The position numbers and the translations under genes were made by a program. From positions 1-64,000 of IMG/VR virus record IMGVR_UViG_3300020274_000001: 64,000 nucleotides of DNA. The stretch is one strand, 5' to 3'. A model generated the notes under the pieces. The model searched no databases, was not told the DNA's origin, and was given only the letters and a program-made list of their open reading frames with translations. Below, piece after piece: positions 41,501 to 50,387 of the stretch (the first letter of the stretch is position 1; every line of letters starts with the position of its first letter). Source of the stretch: a virus.

Positions 41501-43523
41501 AGTTACGAGCGACAACATCTCCGACTCTTAATTTAACAGACCCTTCTGGTCCAAACATTTCTCTACGCCTCTCCATGTTCTTTTCCCACTCAAACATCCA
41601 TTCTTCTCGCTTCATTTTTTTAGCGAAATCTACGGTGCTATTTTCGTCTGGCTTAGGTATAGTCTTCTTGTGCTCTACCCATTCTTCGCCGATGGCCCCC
41701 CATCTTCCGTTGTTCCAGAGAGGGGTATCATCAAGTTTCCACCTTCTGACTTCCTTGAGTCCGAATGGTTCAATCCACATCGCTCCCGGATATCTTTGCT
41801 TTACAATATCTCCGAGAGACCAATTGTGTGTAATTGACCGCTTTTCAGAAGGCACCCCTCTAATGACGAGTTCTGTTAATTGGTCTATGTTTTCTTCCGT
41901 TACCTTCACTCTCACATACGTGTTCATACACGCCGCAGTAGGCACTCCAACTTCGTTAATCGAAAGGTCTCCGTTAGCCGTAATTACCGACCGTATGACA
42001 TTGTTAACCACTTTGGAGTTCATCCTTCTCCGAAAGATGGTTTTCTTGCTTCCATATCCCGACACCGTATCGAGGATACCGGCCCTAATTGTCCGCTTTT
42101 CTCGCCCTGCTTTCGTGCGGACCATCTTGGCTCTGAACATACCAATGCTGGCGTTCTGATTGTAGAAGCAATGGGCGACGGAACGGAACAAGTCGCCCAC
42201 CATACGGGTTTGAATTTGACCGGGGTCGTAAGCACGTTGTTTCGCTTGCTTAATCTGATTATTGACACGGACAACTTGCGAATACATCATAGTGAGGTCG
42301 TTCTCCATCGGTCTACCTGTCTTGAAGTCTTCTTGCATTGGTCGCATAGTATTGGGCGCAACCGGCAGAACCTTCATCATCATGTATTCGGGACGCATAG
42401 TAGGGGCGTCAAAGCCCATCATACGAGCATTTTCGTCTGTAATCGACTGTAATAGAATATACACGTTAGAGTAAGGATAGAATCGGGGCCCAACCTTCTT
42501 CTTTAGTGCTGGTTGTAAAAGGAACATTCTTTGTCTTATGTTCCATGTTACTAACGGTGAATCTTTCTCACAATGAGGGCAAATAAGAACGCCTCTATTG
42601 GAATCCCTATTCTTTTCTTTCCTAATCGCTGTATTGATTAAGTTACGAATCCTACCCACGCCGCTTGGGTTCTTGGATATTCGGTGAATCCTCTCTATTT
42701 TCGGTGATAACTCATCATACCTTTCATCAGATATTGGAATCTTGAAACAATGGTGGCAGAACATGTTCAAGACGGAATCAAATGAATTCGGATTGGAGGC
42801 TATTGCGAACAAAACATGGGGAACAGGTTCAGCGAGTTCGATGTGTCCAAAGTGACCGGGGCAGTAGGGTGGGTTGTCGAGTAAGCCCTCACATGTTTGA
42901 CATTGTCCACTTCTTTCACTTGCCCCAAGTCTGCCGTCTACTGGACCATTCATTACGGGAGTAGGTTGTCGAGTCTGTGTTATTGTAGTGTGATTGTTTA
43001 CCTGTAATACAGACATCGCTCGTATATCTTCTGGAGACATCATATTCATTCCTACACGACGAATTACCTTCTCGTCGGTGGTCACTACCGTATCTTTCAC
43101 ATTTACTTTCGCTGTGAATCGAATAGGGGTTGAAACATATACTCCTCGCATACCCATGTCATCGAATTCATCTGGATATTGCTCGGATAAGTCATACACA
43201 TCTTCTGTTTCATAGAAGGTAGCCGGGATTGTAGGAACAACCCCTTCTTCGTCGGGGGTATCATCAAATGTTCCTACATTAACTTGACCTACGAGATAAT
43301 TAATTTTACTCGACCGTAATCCTTCTGCGTCAGGATGCATGTAAAAATATGCAATGGCGGCTGTTTCTCTGTCTGGTAGAAACCTTCGGTCTCCCCCAGA
43401 AATATCAATATCTGCTACTGTAATTTCCTTTCCGTTTTCCAACAACTCTGACCTAAGTTGGTCTTTACGGAAGAACCAATAGAATGAGGTAACTTTGAAT
43501 GGCCCTTCTTGTTCTTCATCCAT
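38529..43523 (-). CDS. rpo1: DNA-directed RNA polymerase largest subunit, fused Rpo1N+Rpo1C (A'+A''), with N-terminal extension
   Basis: SPEDIRAMSV, CQTC..CPGHFGHIEL, RSVIT, GRQPSLHR, catalytic FNADYDGDQMN, SGYLANR, AEPATQGSLRTFH, LGIEAA. Confidence 0.95.
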   Translation of the reverse strand: MDEEQEGPFKVTSFYWFFRKDQLRSELLENGKEITVADIDISGGDRRFLPDRETAAIAYFYMHPDAEGLRSSKINYLVGQVNVGTFDDTPDEEGVVPTIPATFYETEDVYDLSEQYPDEFDDMGMRGVYVSTPIRFTAKVNVKDTVVTTDEKVIRRVGMNMMSPEDIRAMSVLQVNNHTTITQTRQPTPVMNGPVDGRLGASERSGQCQTCEGLLDNPPYCPGHFGHIELAEPVPHVLFAIASNPNSFDSVLNMFCHHCFKIPISDERYDELSPKIERIHRISKNPSGVGRIRNLINTAIRKEKNRDSNRGVLICPHCEKDSPLVTWNIRQRMFLLQPALKKKVGPRFYPYSNVYILLQSITDENARMMGFDAPTMRPEYMMMKVLPVAPNTMRPMQEDFKTGRPMENDLTMMYSQVVRVNNQIKQAKQRAYDPGQIQTRMVGDLFRSVAHCFYNQNASIGMFRAKMVRTKAGREKRTIRAGILDTVSGYGSKKTIFRRRMNSKVVNNVIRSVITANGDLSINEVGVPTAACMNTYVRVKVTEENIDQLTELVIRGVPSEKRSITHNWSLGDIVKQRYPGAMWIEPFGLKEVRRWKLDDTPLWNNGRWGAIGEEWVEHKKTIPKPDENSTVDFAKKMKREEWMFEWEKNMERRREMFGPEGSVKLRVGDVVARNLLPGDYVLFGRQPSLHRQSLNGLRVVPLDQHSISFNPAICVPFNADYDGDQMNIYVPGSEEAMNEIRDKLQLRDNMLHHRMGKLVIGTDHDQTSGVYLLTMKHKSKANTFNESIGVGFDSDGVVYFSKKSMLELFSKVYHKDGSLLPDGDARIQYIEDIGKPDVKGKYYSGYRCISLLLPDGINAKFKSGILYKEDGSMVLNDKGKPEKDTTVIIDGEMITGTLDKTFAGKEKGTIAPAFYYRFGYEEGGKQMQKFIDMLCRLGFAAHHAVGYSMGVADCGLPMEYYEDIRAGYDTTSEVCKQINIDFANYNLQRYVDSDKWLSPDYSKSEKQQILDKNPYQFRQMLIYEAQAPWEDGVAMAVSQIAGADNAMEIAVRSGGRGKELNIQQMGAAYGQVRISGVLPVRGFQSKGWTSYKNYQENEDGEMAPQEIIQHTTILPRNFSHYPLSGYDIEHPIHNGYTRNSYYTGMEPHEYFMASVAGRRSDMESSSGALQDSGYLANRVRRALESLVVDKDGKTIDLKDNSVISFRAGGDGFRPYSAKMVHRFPDGQVKEDFTVSGPDEDFTIELQPYFFDFTCKHKVPLGMDCDECVKGSAHIEFFEDEISKKHDLNKLISAVKHVLSKREVMKPMVKTMVDKLLWWIEENKVKPGEAIGSTAAGCLAEPATQGSLRTFHAGGKGQGTSVDRLDQIVQCSDQSDPGKQVFTYVTLKPEYWNEEDADRIADWCSVQFIGDILDVVDYDVENGLCIFYVDRKKARDKSIDLEFAMRQVRRVFRDLQSSPDGELRAEIGEGDNFVIKVNSTSARAMLNMRDYISLVQVSGLPQGGSTYITRKDGKYGLQIDSAHEQVWDGLVRLLGDYVDVDSIWCDNPKTVEKFLGIEAAQACVADQLNYQMNASSGIGDYDYRYVTTIAEAISAKGKLIGLGPGSGNIGTNSVNTFDSMAMEDVKKQLRGGVVIGNVSDMRSVTGSTIAGRAPLVGQELLKYTE

Positions 43524-44361
43524 GTCTACACCGCACCTTGAATTTCAATTGGCGGGTGATACGATGGTTTTGCGTTCCCTCTTTTGCGAATGCTGGCCTG
43601 TCAACATCAGCAAAAAGAAGTCCCGTGAGGTCTACGACCTGTCCCGCCGGAACATAGTCGTAACCCTTTCTGTTGACGTTTCGGCGAACACGCTCTTTTC
43701 CGCTACCTACTTTGTCATAAAGGGCCTCATCTGTCGCAAACCATTCTACTACCAGAGGTCTGGCCGAATAGATTTGCGGGACCATAGTGAATCTCATTTG
43801 ATAATTGGCCTGCTTTAGCATGCCGTCAAAGTATCCTTCTTCTATATCTGAAGTTACTTCGATTGTCCATACTCTGTTTTTTTCTCCATCAGATTTAATA
43901 TCGAATATATCCGAAATAGGTATATGTGTTCCTTGACGGAGGTTAGTTTTGATACTGTTACCAAAGTTAACTATGGCGAAAGGCTTTCCGCCTTGTTGTA
44001 ATTTTACATTGTTTCCATACTCTCCGAGTTTAGACCACGGAGCATCTCCGGGCACAACATTCCGAGAATCGGATAGCATTGCTTTCTGCATTGCGTTGCC
44101 AAAGTTAGCGACACGTATATTCGGCTTATATCCTTGACAAAACCAATTAGTATGAACCTTGACTAACCGTCTCGTTTTCTTTTCCCATAAAACACAACCC
44201 CCATACTGTCCTTTACCGACAGGTTTGTAGAATTTACAGGTCCCACACTTCTTTTTATCGTTGGGTGCTATGGTTTCTATTTTAGTCCCGCGAATAGACT
44301 TCAAGGCGGCGGCAATGGTGGGAGTTGGAACCATCCCTAACCCACGCTTGTAGAAGTCCAT
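43516..44361 (-). CDS. hypothetical protein with N-terminal 4-Cys metal-binding motif
   Basis: CGTCKFY...GGCVLW...NWFCQGY. Confidence 0.6.
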   Translation of the reverse strand: MDFYKRGLGMVPTPTIAAALKSIRGTKIETIAPNDKKKCGTCKFYKPVGKGQYGGCVLWEKKTRRLVKVHTNWFCQGYKPNIRVANFGNAMQKAMLSDSRNVVPGDAPWSKLGEYGNNVKLQQGGKPFAIVNFGNSIKTNLRQGTHIPISDIFDIKSDGEKNRVWTIEVTSDIEEGYFDGMLKQANYQMRFTMVPQIYSARPLVVEWFATDEALYDKVGSGKERVRRNVNRKGYDYVPAGQVVDLTGLLFADVDRPAFAKEGTQNHRITRQLKFKVRCRHG

Positions 44362-44378
44362 CGATACACCCCAAGCGT

Positions 44379-44837
44379 TCAGTCATCATAAGGATAACCC
44401 GTAGAGCATACATATGCCAACTTATCTACGAACTCGTTTAGCGGTTCTCCGCTATGTCCTCTCACCCATTCGTATTCGGGTTCAGCAGGAAGGTCTCCCG
44501 AGATATTGTCTATCTTTTCCATGATTGGCTTCAAATTGGGAGACTGTATGTCATATTCTCCTCGTAGTCCTTTAACAGATACTTCACTATCCGAATATAC
44601 TACGAGAGACATGACCTCTCCCTCAATCTTTTCGGTAACTTCCTCTAAGCACCGCATGATAGCGTAAAGTTCGGCATAATTGCTGGTCTGGGTGCCTATG
44701 AACTCTGCTCCGCAGAACAATATGTCGTTACCATCTGTGACGGCGTAAGCAATTCCGCAGTCTCCTCGGCCACTGTTCTTTCTCTTGATTGTTGAACCGT
44801 CTGTCCAACATTCAAGTATCACATCAGTCATTGACAA
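44379..44837 (-). CDS. rnhA: ribonuclease HI
   Basis: WTDGS, SNYAELYAI, YSDSE, WVRGHSG..NEFVDKLA. Confidence 0.93.
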   Translation of the reverse strand: MSMTDVILECWTDGSTIKRKNSGRGDCGIAYAVTDGNDILFCGAEFIGTQTSNYAELYAIMRCLEEVTEKIEGEVMSLVVYSDSEVSVKGLRGEYDIQSPNLKPIMEKIDNISGDLPAEPEYEWVRGHSGEPLNEFVDKLAYVCSTGYPYDD

Positions 44838-45075
44838 TCAGCCTCCATGTGAGTAATTTGCCACTCACAAGGTCATCTCTTTCAATCTGAACGATGTCTC
44901 CAACTTCCATGTCTTGTCCTTCTGCTCTCATGCGAACCAGCACGGCATCACTGAACAGAATGCGAGGCATTCTTTCGATGTCGTCTACTTTTTGTTGTTT
45001 GAGTATGAGGTTGCCTTGTGCTTTAGTTAAAACTTTGTGAATGGGGACTCTGCGGTGCTTTAGTGGGTCTGCCAT
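44824..45075 (-). CDS. rpoH: RNA polymerase subunit Rpo5 (RpoH)
   Basis: HRRVPIHKVL...MPRILFSDAV...VGDIVQIER...TWRLIV. Confidence 0.88.
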   Translation of the reverse strand: MADPLKHRRVPIHKVLTKAQGNLILKQQKVDDIERMPRILFSDAVLVRMRAEGQDMEVGDIVQIERDDLVSGKLLTWRLIVND

Positions 45076-45326
45076 GGTTCGGGGACGTTGTTGTCAGACA
45101 TATCCCTTTCCCGAGATAGGCGTATCCACCCCGCTACACCCATGAACACAGATAACAAGAATAATCCGACAAAAAATAGACTAATACCGTCTATCCACAC
45201 ACCCAGAAAGACGGTAAGCAAACCAAGAAAGCAACAAATGACGTCAACTACGCCCAACCCGAAGTTGCTTTCTTCTCTTGAGAGTAAATCATTCCCAATC
45301 GTCATCCCAATCATCGTCGTCGTCAT
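45060..45326 (-). CDS. small two-TM membrane protein (start uncertain)
   Basis: Hydrophobic segments; fills the gap in the operon. Confidence 0.45.
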   Translation of the reverse strand: MTTTMIGMTIGNDLLSREESNFGLGVVDVICCFLGLLTVFLGVWIDGISLFFVGLFLLSVFMGVAGWIRLSRERDMSDNNVPEPWQTH

Positions 45327-45798
45327 CGTCGTCGTCTGAAGTGTCGTTCCCTTTGCTCATTAGAGAGTTTAATCCCCATTCGTCATCAGAATTTTCAGAT
45401 TCTTCTTTCTCTTCGGGTTCTTCCTCTGGTTCTTCCTCTGGTTCTTCCTCTGGTTCTTCTTCGTCATCATCTAAAGAATCCCAATCGACATCATCATCTT
45501 CGTCCCAATCTTCGTCTTCGTCTTCGTCTAAGGAGTCCCAATCTGCGTCATCCCACTCTGGGTCCCACTCTTCTTCCTCTGGTTCTTCTTTCGCCTTTTT
45601 CTTAGAAAGAGTCTTCTTTTTGGTAGCAGGCTTCTTGGTAGAAGGTGCATTATCGGACAAATCGACGCTTTTGAGCGTGATTGAGTCGTTCTTCTTGAGT
45701 GCGAGGCTTGGTTCTAACCAACCCGATAATTTATTCTTCACTGACTCAAGGTTCTTGCCTTTAATTGATACCGTTATGTCGAAATCGAATTCCTTCAT
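45289..45798 (-). CDS. protein with long Asp/Glu/Trp-rich acidic tail
   Basis: EEPEEEP and DWD repeats; first gene of the RNAP operon. Confidence 0.7.
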   Translation of the reverse strand: MKEFDFDITVSIKGKNLESVKNKLSGWLEPSLALKKNDSITLKSVDLSDNAPSTKKPATKKKTLSKKKAKEEPEEEEWDPEWDDADWDSLDEDEDEDWDEDDDVDWDSLDDDEEEPEEEPEEEPEEEPEEKEESENSDDEWGLNSLMSKGNDTSDDDDDDDDDWDDDWE

Positions 45799-45894
45799 GG
45801 ACGTGGCAGGTTAATATTGGACATAAAGAATGCGGTCAATCTCTATTTCTCATAAAAAGTAACAGTTATAGGTGAAACCGTCTTGGACTTATCA

Positions 45895-46053
45895 ATGGCG
45901 AACAATGATTCATCGGTCGAAGACGCCTTTACCACTATCCGAATTCGCCGTTTTGACCATGACCGATTGAGTAACTTGCGCCGGCCAAGAGAATCTTGGT
46001 GGGAAGTTGTGCGACGTTTACTTGACGCACACGACTTGGATAAAGGTGAATAG
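45895..46053 (+). CDS. 52-aa ribbon-helix-helix protein (not in ORF track)
   Basis: MANNDSSVEDAFTTIRIRRFDHDRLSNLRRPRESWWEVVRRLLD; divergent from the RNAP operon. Confidence 0.65.
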   Translation: MANNDSSVEDAFTTIRIRRFDHDRLSNLRRPRESWWEVVRRLLDAHDLDKGE

Positions 46054-46054
46054 T

Positions 46055-46444
46055 GTGCCCAAAGGTGACAGGAAAGTAAATCAAATCAAATCAGCGTTTC
46101 TTGATATTCAAATCAAAAACGACGTAAACGAAGTATCCATTAGGGCTGTGGAAACGTGGCTCAATTGCAACACCAAGGATGGAATGTCCTTGATGAAGTT
46201 AGCAAATCTTCTTTCAAAGCGACCATCATTCAAGATGGTTCGCAGAGAACGCAAGCGTGGGACTACTGAAACCGAGTCTTTCTGGACTATGCCAGAGAAC
46301 ATGAGTGGCCCATATGGTAAGACGGCGACCAGAGACGGGTGGGTAGTAGACCGAGGACACTGTGCAAAGTGTGACCAATTCCTACAATTGAACCAAGAAG
46401 CCCTCTGTGACAACTGCTACATCTACTCTACAAGGCTTGCATGA
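46055..46444 (+). CDS. putative winged-helix DNA-binding protein with C-terminal Zn finger
   Basis: ETWLN..TKDGMSLMKLANLLSKRP pattern; CAKC..CDNC. Confidence 0.5.
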   Translation: MPKGDRKVNQIKSAFLDIQIKNDVNEVSIRAVETWLNCNTKDGMSLMKLANLLSKRPSFKMVRRERKRGTTETESFWTMPENMSGPYGKTATRDGWVVDRGHCAKCDQFLQLNQEALCDNCYIYSTRLA

Positions 46445-46450
46445 TACACC

Positions 46451-46492
46451 ACATATGTAGGCCACGCACACTCATATAATGAAGGAGGAGAG
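46451..46492 (+). promoter_or_regulatory. conserved 42-nt promoter-like repeat, copy 1
   Basis: ACATATGT..CACGCACACTCATATAATGAAGGAGGAGAG; 30-nt core identical in three copies. Confidence 0.75.
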
Positions 46493-47003
46493 ACTACAAT
46501 CTCTCAACTAATTGATTGTAAATCTTGGAAGAACCAAGTGCGCGTCTCTCTCCTTCACAGACCAAGGCAGGTTCTTTTGAGCCTGCTGTCCTCTTGTGGC
46601 CTAACCTTCGGGTTTATCAGTGCCACTTGAGGAATCGCAAAAGTCCTACCCCTCCAAGGGTAGGCGAAAAAAAAATCTCCTAAAAGTAATGGAGATTACT
46701 GTAACGAGGTGGTAGAATGGTCGAGAGGCCGGGGGCCGGCCAGTGGAAACACTGCACGGAACGCCACAATTAGCAATACATTCCTGAGAAACAGGACTGC
46801 GACTACGAACCACATTTAATTGTGGCATCCCGTAAGGGATGAAGAAGAATGTGCTTGTGCTCACGCAAAGGTGTCGTCCCGGGTCATGCCGGCGATACTG
46901 ACACAAGAGGAAACTCGCGGAAGTTATAGTAATTATTGATATTACTCGTGGTTTAGCAACCACATAGAAACTTGGGGTGGCTCCCCTTAGCAAAAAGCCA
47001 TAG
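46480..47003 (+). ncRNA. structured noncoding RNA 1 (about 520 nt)
   Basis: No credible ORF; stems with UUCG (46603-46614), GAAA (46741-46754) and GUAA (46827-46840) loops; TGAAGGAG/CTCCTTCA long stem. Confidence 0.6.
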
Positions 47004-47129
47004 ATGAACGTTCAAGACCTACTTGACAACCCGATGGTTGAGAAGCATATATTTCTCGACTTTGACGGTAACATCGTATGCCGCTTTGAGCATCCGGAAT
47101 TCATTTTCGAGATGACTCAAGAAGCATAA
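47004..47129 (+). CDS. 41-aa hypothetical protein (not in ORF track)
   Basis: ATG immediately after a hairpin+ATAG; MNVQDLLDNPMVEKHIFLDFDG... Confidence 0.5.
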   Translation: MNVQDLLDNPMVEKHIFLDFDGNIVCRFEHPEFIFEMTQEA

Positions 47130-47149
47130 CTTGGCCCAATGGGTCACAG

Positions 47150-47431
47150 ATGTCGTTTAATTACGCATTTATCAAAGCAGACACCAAGGCGGAAGTCCTT
47201 GAGGCAGTTTCAAACTTGCCTCATGAACCGAAGCAAGCGGTTTCTGGAACACAGGCCCATGGCCTGTCATTCAGCGGTCCTGCCGCTGATGAGAGAACAA
47301 CCATATGGTATGACTTGGCTAACCCCCAATACTCCATAATGTTCATCCGAACATTTGTCGACGAAAACGACTATGATGGTAGAGAAATCGACCCATCAGA
47401 GTGGGCGTCGACTATGGAAAGACTCTCATGA
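47150..47431 (+). CDS. hypothetical protein
   Basis: Bounded by two hairpin elements. Confidence 0.6.
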   Translation: MSFNYAFIKADTKAEVLEAVSNLPHEPKQAVSGTQAHGLSFSGPAADERTTIWYDLANPQYSIMFIRTFVDENDYDGREIDPSEWASTMERLS

Positions 47432-47787
47432 TGACCCAATGGGTCACAGATTAGAGCACAAACAGACTGTTGTGGAGGTAGAGAACTGTCTCTGCCCAAA
47501 CGACAGGTGCGTTGACAATCCCTTAGACACGGTTCGGTGGTGCTAAGGAGTATATGAACCGAATAGGAATACAGTGATACAGAAGACCTATGTCACATCT
47601 GCCGGCGAGGCAGAGTAATCCGAAATTCGTCTTCGGTGATGTGTAGAACATATTTTAAGTCCAAAAGACCGAGAATATGTAATACACAAGGTAGGGATGG
47701 GAGTTCGAATATTAGATTTGAACATATATTTGCAAATATATGTGCCAAAAATAGTATTCGAACGTAGTAAATAGAGATGTGTGCATC

Positions 47788-47829
47788 ACATATGTGACTC
47801 ACGCACACTCATATAATGAAGGAGGAGAG
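47788..47829 (+). promoter_or_regulatory. promoter-like repeat, copy 2
   Basis: Same 30-nt core. Confidence 0.75.
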
Positions 47830-48435
47830 GGGAGTATCCTAAAAGGACCCCTCAGAGACAACCAACTCCTTCACAGACGCCTAACCGGTCTTGTTTTGTC
47901 GTAAAAAACAATAAGAAGAACGGTAAACAGAAAGAGAGGGATAGAGGGTCCCTCACAGATTGGGCAGGGAAAGACATCTTGTTGATACTGTCTGTGTTTG
48001 CAAAGATTCTGCATTTATGTAGAATCTGCGTAAACTGCATTTAATTGCAAGCAGGCAGAGGAGAGATGGACGGAACTGTCCGAACACATACAACACAGAA
48101 AAGTTGTAACAGTAAAGCCGATGGTCACTTTGAGAAATCAACGTGACTGTCGGCTATTTTTTATGGCCCCATTGGGGTCTTAGGTTGGGATGAGCCATGT
48201 AAGCGGAACTCAAGATATGTCCATGAGAGACCTCTGTTGAGAATTAAAAAACTCACTTGCTAAATCATCCTCAGATTTGTGGGGGAACCCACATATCACA
48301 AGGAGGTGAAACCTTGAATTTATAATACACAACTTTGCGCAATTAGGAACCGATGATGGAGGGTGGATGCCCGTTGATGTCATTGTGCGGTGTAGCAAAG
48401 TGGGCCCCGTTAGAACATGCCGCCGCGGGCCACAG
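47817..48435 (+). ncRNA. structured noncoding RNA 2 (about 620 nt)
   Basis: No credible ORF; stems 48004-48027 and 48116-48155; 5' TGAAGGAG/CTCCTTCA stem. Confidence 0.5.
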
Positions 48436-48711
48436 ATGAATATCTGCATCCTTTATGCTGATAATCGTCATGTCGATAACATCGACATGTTGTTTCTCTC
48501 AATGAGAGAAAGCCCTGCACGAATCATCGTGCACGAAAATGGCGTTGAGAACGTTGGACTAATTCAGTCCATTCAACGCGAGGACGGCTCTGGGCGGTCG
48601 TTCAATGTCACCGTTTTGGTTGGCGACGAATACCACACGTATTACGTCGGAGAGTATGAAAATAATCCTACTCGACCACGACGAGGAATCAGAGTATTTG
48701 ATTCCGAGTGA
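48436..48711 (+). CDS. hypothetical protein
   Basis: Start reassigned to the ATG after hairpin+ACAG; GLIQSIQREDGSGRSFNVT. Confidence 0.6.
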   Translation: MNICILYADNRHVDNIDMLFLSMRESPARIIVHENGVENVGLIQSIQREDGSGRSFNVTVLVGDEYHTYYVGEYENNPTRPRRGIRVFDSE

Positions 48712-48941
48712 CGGAGCCTATGGTTCCACAGATAAACATGCCAACTATTTCTAAAGTAGTCGGTCACGTCAACGGCACTCCTATATGGGCCGATGTAGAG
48801 ATTAACACCCTTTACACCTGCTCTGACTGCCAGCGTGGTCGATGCAAGATATCGCATGAAGACCAAGTTTGAATCTCATTTCAGACTAATCTTCGACGAA
48901 GTTAATGACTTCACAGAAACAATAGTTTCAGGATTGATAAA

Positions 48942-49236
48942 TATGAACAAAAATAAGAAATCAAACAAAGCAAGCAAAATATACACAAAAATGTTCTGGG
49001 GACCTTTGCGTCGACTCGAACTTGGGCAATATGCCATGGCTACCAGCCGTGCTATTCCTAAGCCACCCGTAGTCAACTCGAAGGCCAAGAAGGACCCAAC
49101 TGGAAGAGTATCATTCGAAATGATGGGAATCCGGTATGACCTAACTTGGGCCCAACTGCGTGACCATTACCCGTTTTATGCGAGTATGGTGGCGAGTAGT
49201 GTGCAATCGTTCGAGGAGAGGGCTCAAGCCCAATGA
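48942..49236 (+). CDS. basic hypothetical protein
   Basis: MNKNKKSNK... downstream of the hairpin at 48898 (start approximate). Confidence 0.45.
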
Positions 49237-49604
49237 CTCTCGGCACACACTGTTGCGTATAGAAAAACCAAGACCTCCAAAGGGGGCGAGTAGAACGACG
49301 ATTCCGTCTACTGGAGGTAAAAGTCAGTCAACAATACCTCTCGCATAACAGACCTTGCGTAAAGTTGACTTAGATTGGTCGTAATTGGTGATGTTAATCA
49401 TCAATTACGACAGTATGATGTTGGTCGTAATTGGTTAAAGTTAATGTAAGTCCCCTCTGAACTCAAGGGCATTCGACGCTCCCAATAGGCTGAGAACATC
49501 AAAAGGAGTGCGAATAATGGCAAGGTCTGAGACAAACTCAAAAATCCTTCGCTATTGAAAAGGTCGCACAGATTATGAGTTGGAGGGCACTCGTATATCA
49601 CACA

Positions 49605-49642
49605 TTAACCGTGTTGTATTATTACAACACGGTTGATTTTTT
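49605..49642 (+). terminator. long hairpin followed by a T-run
   Basis: TAACCGTGTTGTA...TACAACACGGTTG-ATTTTTT. Confidence 0.5.
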
Positions 49643-49668
49643 GGGTTATTGTAACCCATAGAAAACCC

Positions 49669-49830
49669 ATGAAGTGTAAAACTTGTGGGCGACGTATGTC
49701 GAAGAGAACCAACTACCCGTTTGGTCGCTCAAACAAACCTATGCGTAACAAGCGCAGAGAGTCTGTTAAGCGAAACAGCGGTGGGGTTACCTCGATAACT
49801 TGCCAATACTGTGCTTACCGTAAAGAGTAA
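49669..49830 (+). CDS. small basic Zn-finger protein
   Basis: CKTC...CQYC; follows the hairpin+ATAG at 49643. Confidence 0.55.
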   Translation: MKCKTCGRRMSKRTNYPFGRSNKPMRNKRRESVKRNSGGVTSITCQYCAYRKE

Positions 49831-50050
49831 GCCAATTTGGTAAGTGGCCGCTGAAAGGCGGGTCGCGGGCGGTGACCGAACACCAAGGTGACTTTACCTA
49901 ATGTGCCTCGAACATTAAACTAAGTGAAGCAAGAATCTATTGAAAAACCAACTATGGCCCAACGTCTATGACCGAGGAGAACCACTGGTGGCGAGTAATT
50001 AGGTAGTAATGCATATATTAAACAAAAAAAAGGCCCCAAAGGGCCCCAGA

Positions 50051-50221
50051 ATGGCTAATGACTTTGTTATTGACCACGAGACCAATACCGCTTGGATGTG
50101 GGCCACCACAACCCAAGAAATGGTCGAAATGACAATGCTCCTTATGGGGAACATTGTTGCTGGAGGGTTCCGTCTGGAACAACATATCCAGCCAAACAGA
50201 CCGGATAATATGCCGGTTTGA
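50051..50221 (+). CDS. hypothetical protein
   Basis: Bounded by hairpin elements. Confidence 0.5.
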   Translation: MANDFVIDHETNTAWMWATTTQEMVEMTMLLMGNIVAGGFRLEQHIQPNRPDNMPV

Positions 50222-50387
50222 TAAGGCCCCATGGGCCACAGATGTCAGAATGACTATCGTTCTACGAATGCAAATCTTACCCGAGTGCGTTCAACATATA
50301 CACGTGTTATGTTCTCGAAGGCCCATGTGGTCGGTAGAGGTAGAATATTGAGGGTGAATAAATGAAGTCAATGACTTCGCAGAAACC

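Noticed and set aside
45278-45814. Ser-rich + strand ORF
   Set aside because: Antisense shadow of the acidic repeat protein.
46480-47003. Definite group I intron or RNase P RNA
   Set aside because: Only short partial words match (GACTA, AAGTTATAGT, GAGGA..AAAGTCC). I could not assemble P3-P7 or P4 by eye, and no interrupted gene flanks it.
49669-49830. Ribosomal protein eL34-like
   Set aside because: Only generic basic Zn-finger similarity; too short and motif spacing unconvincing.
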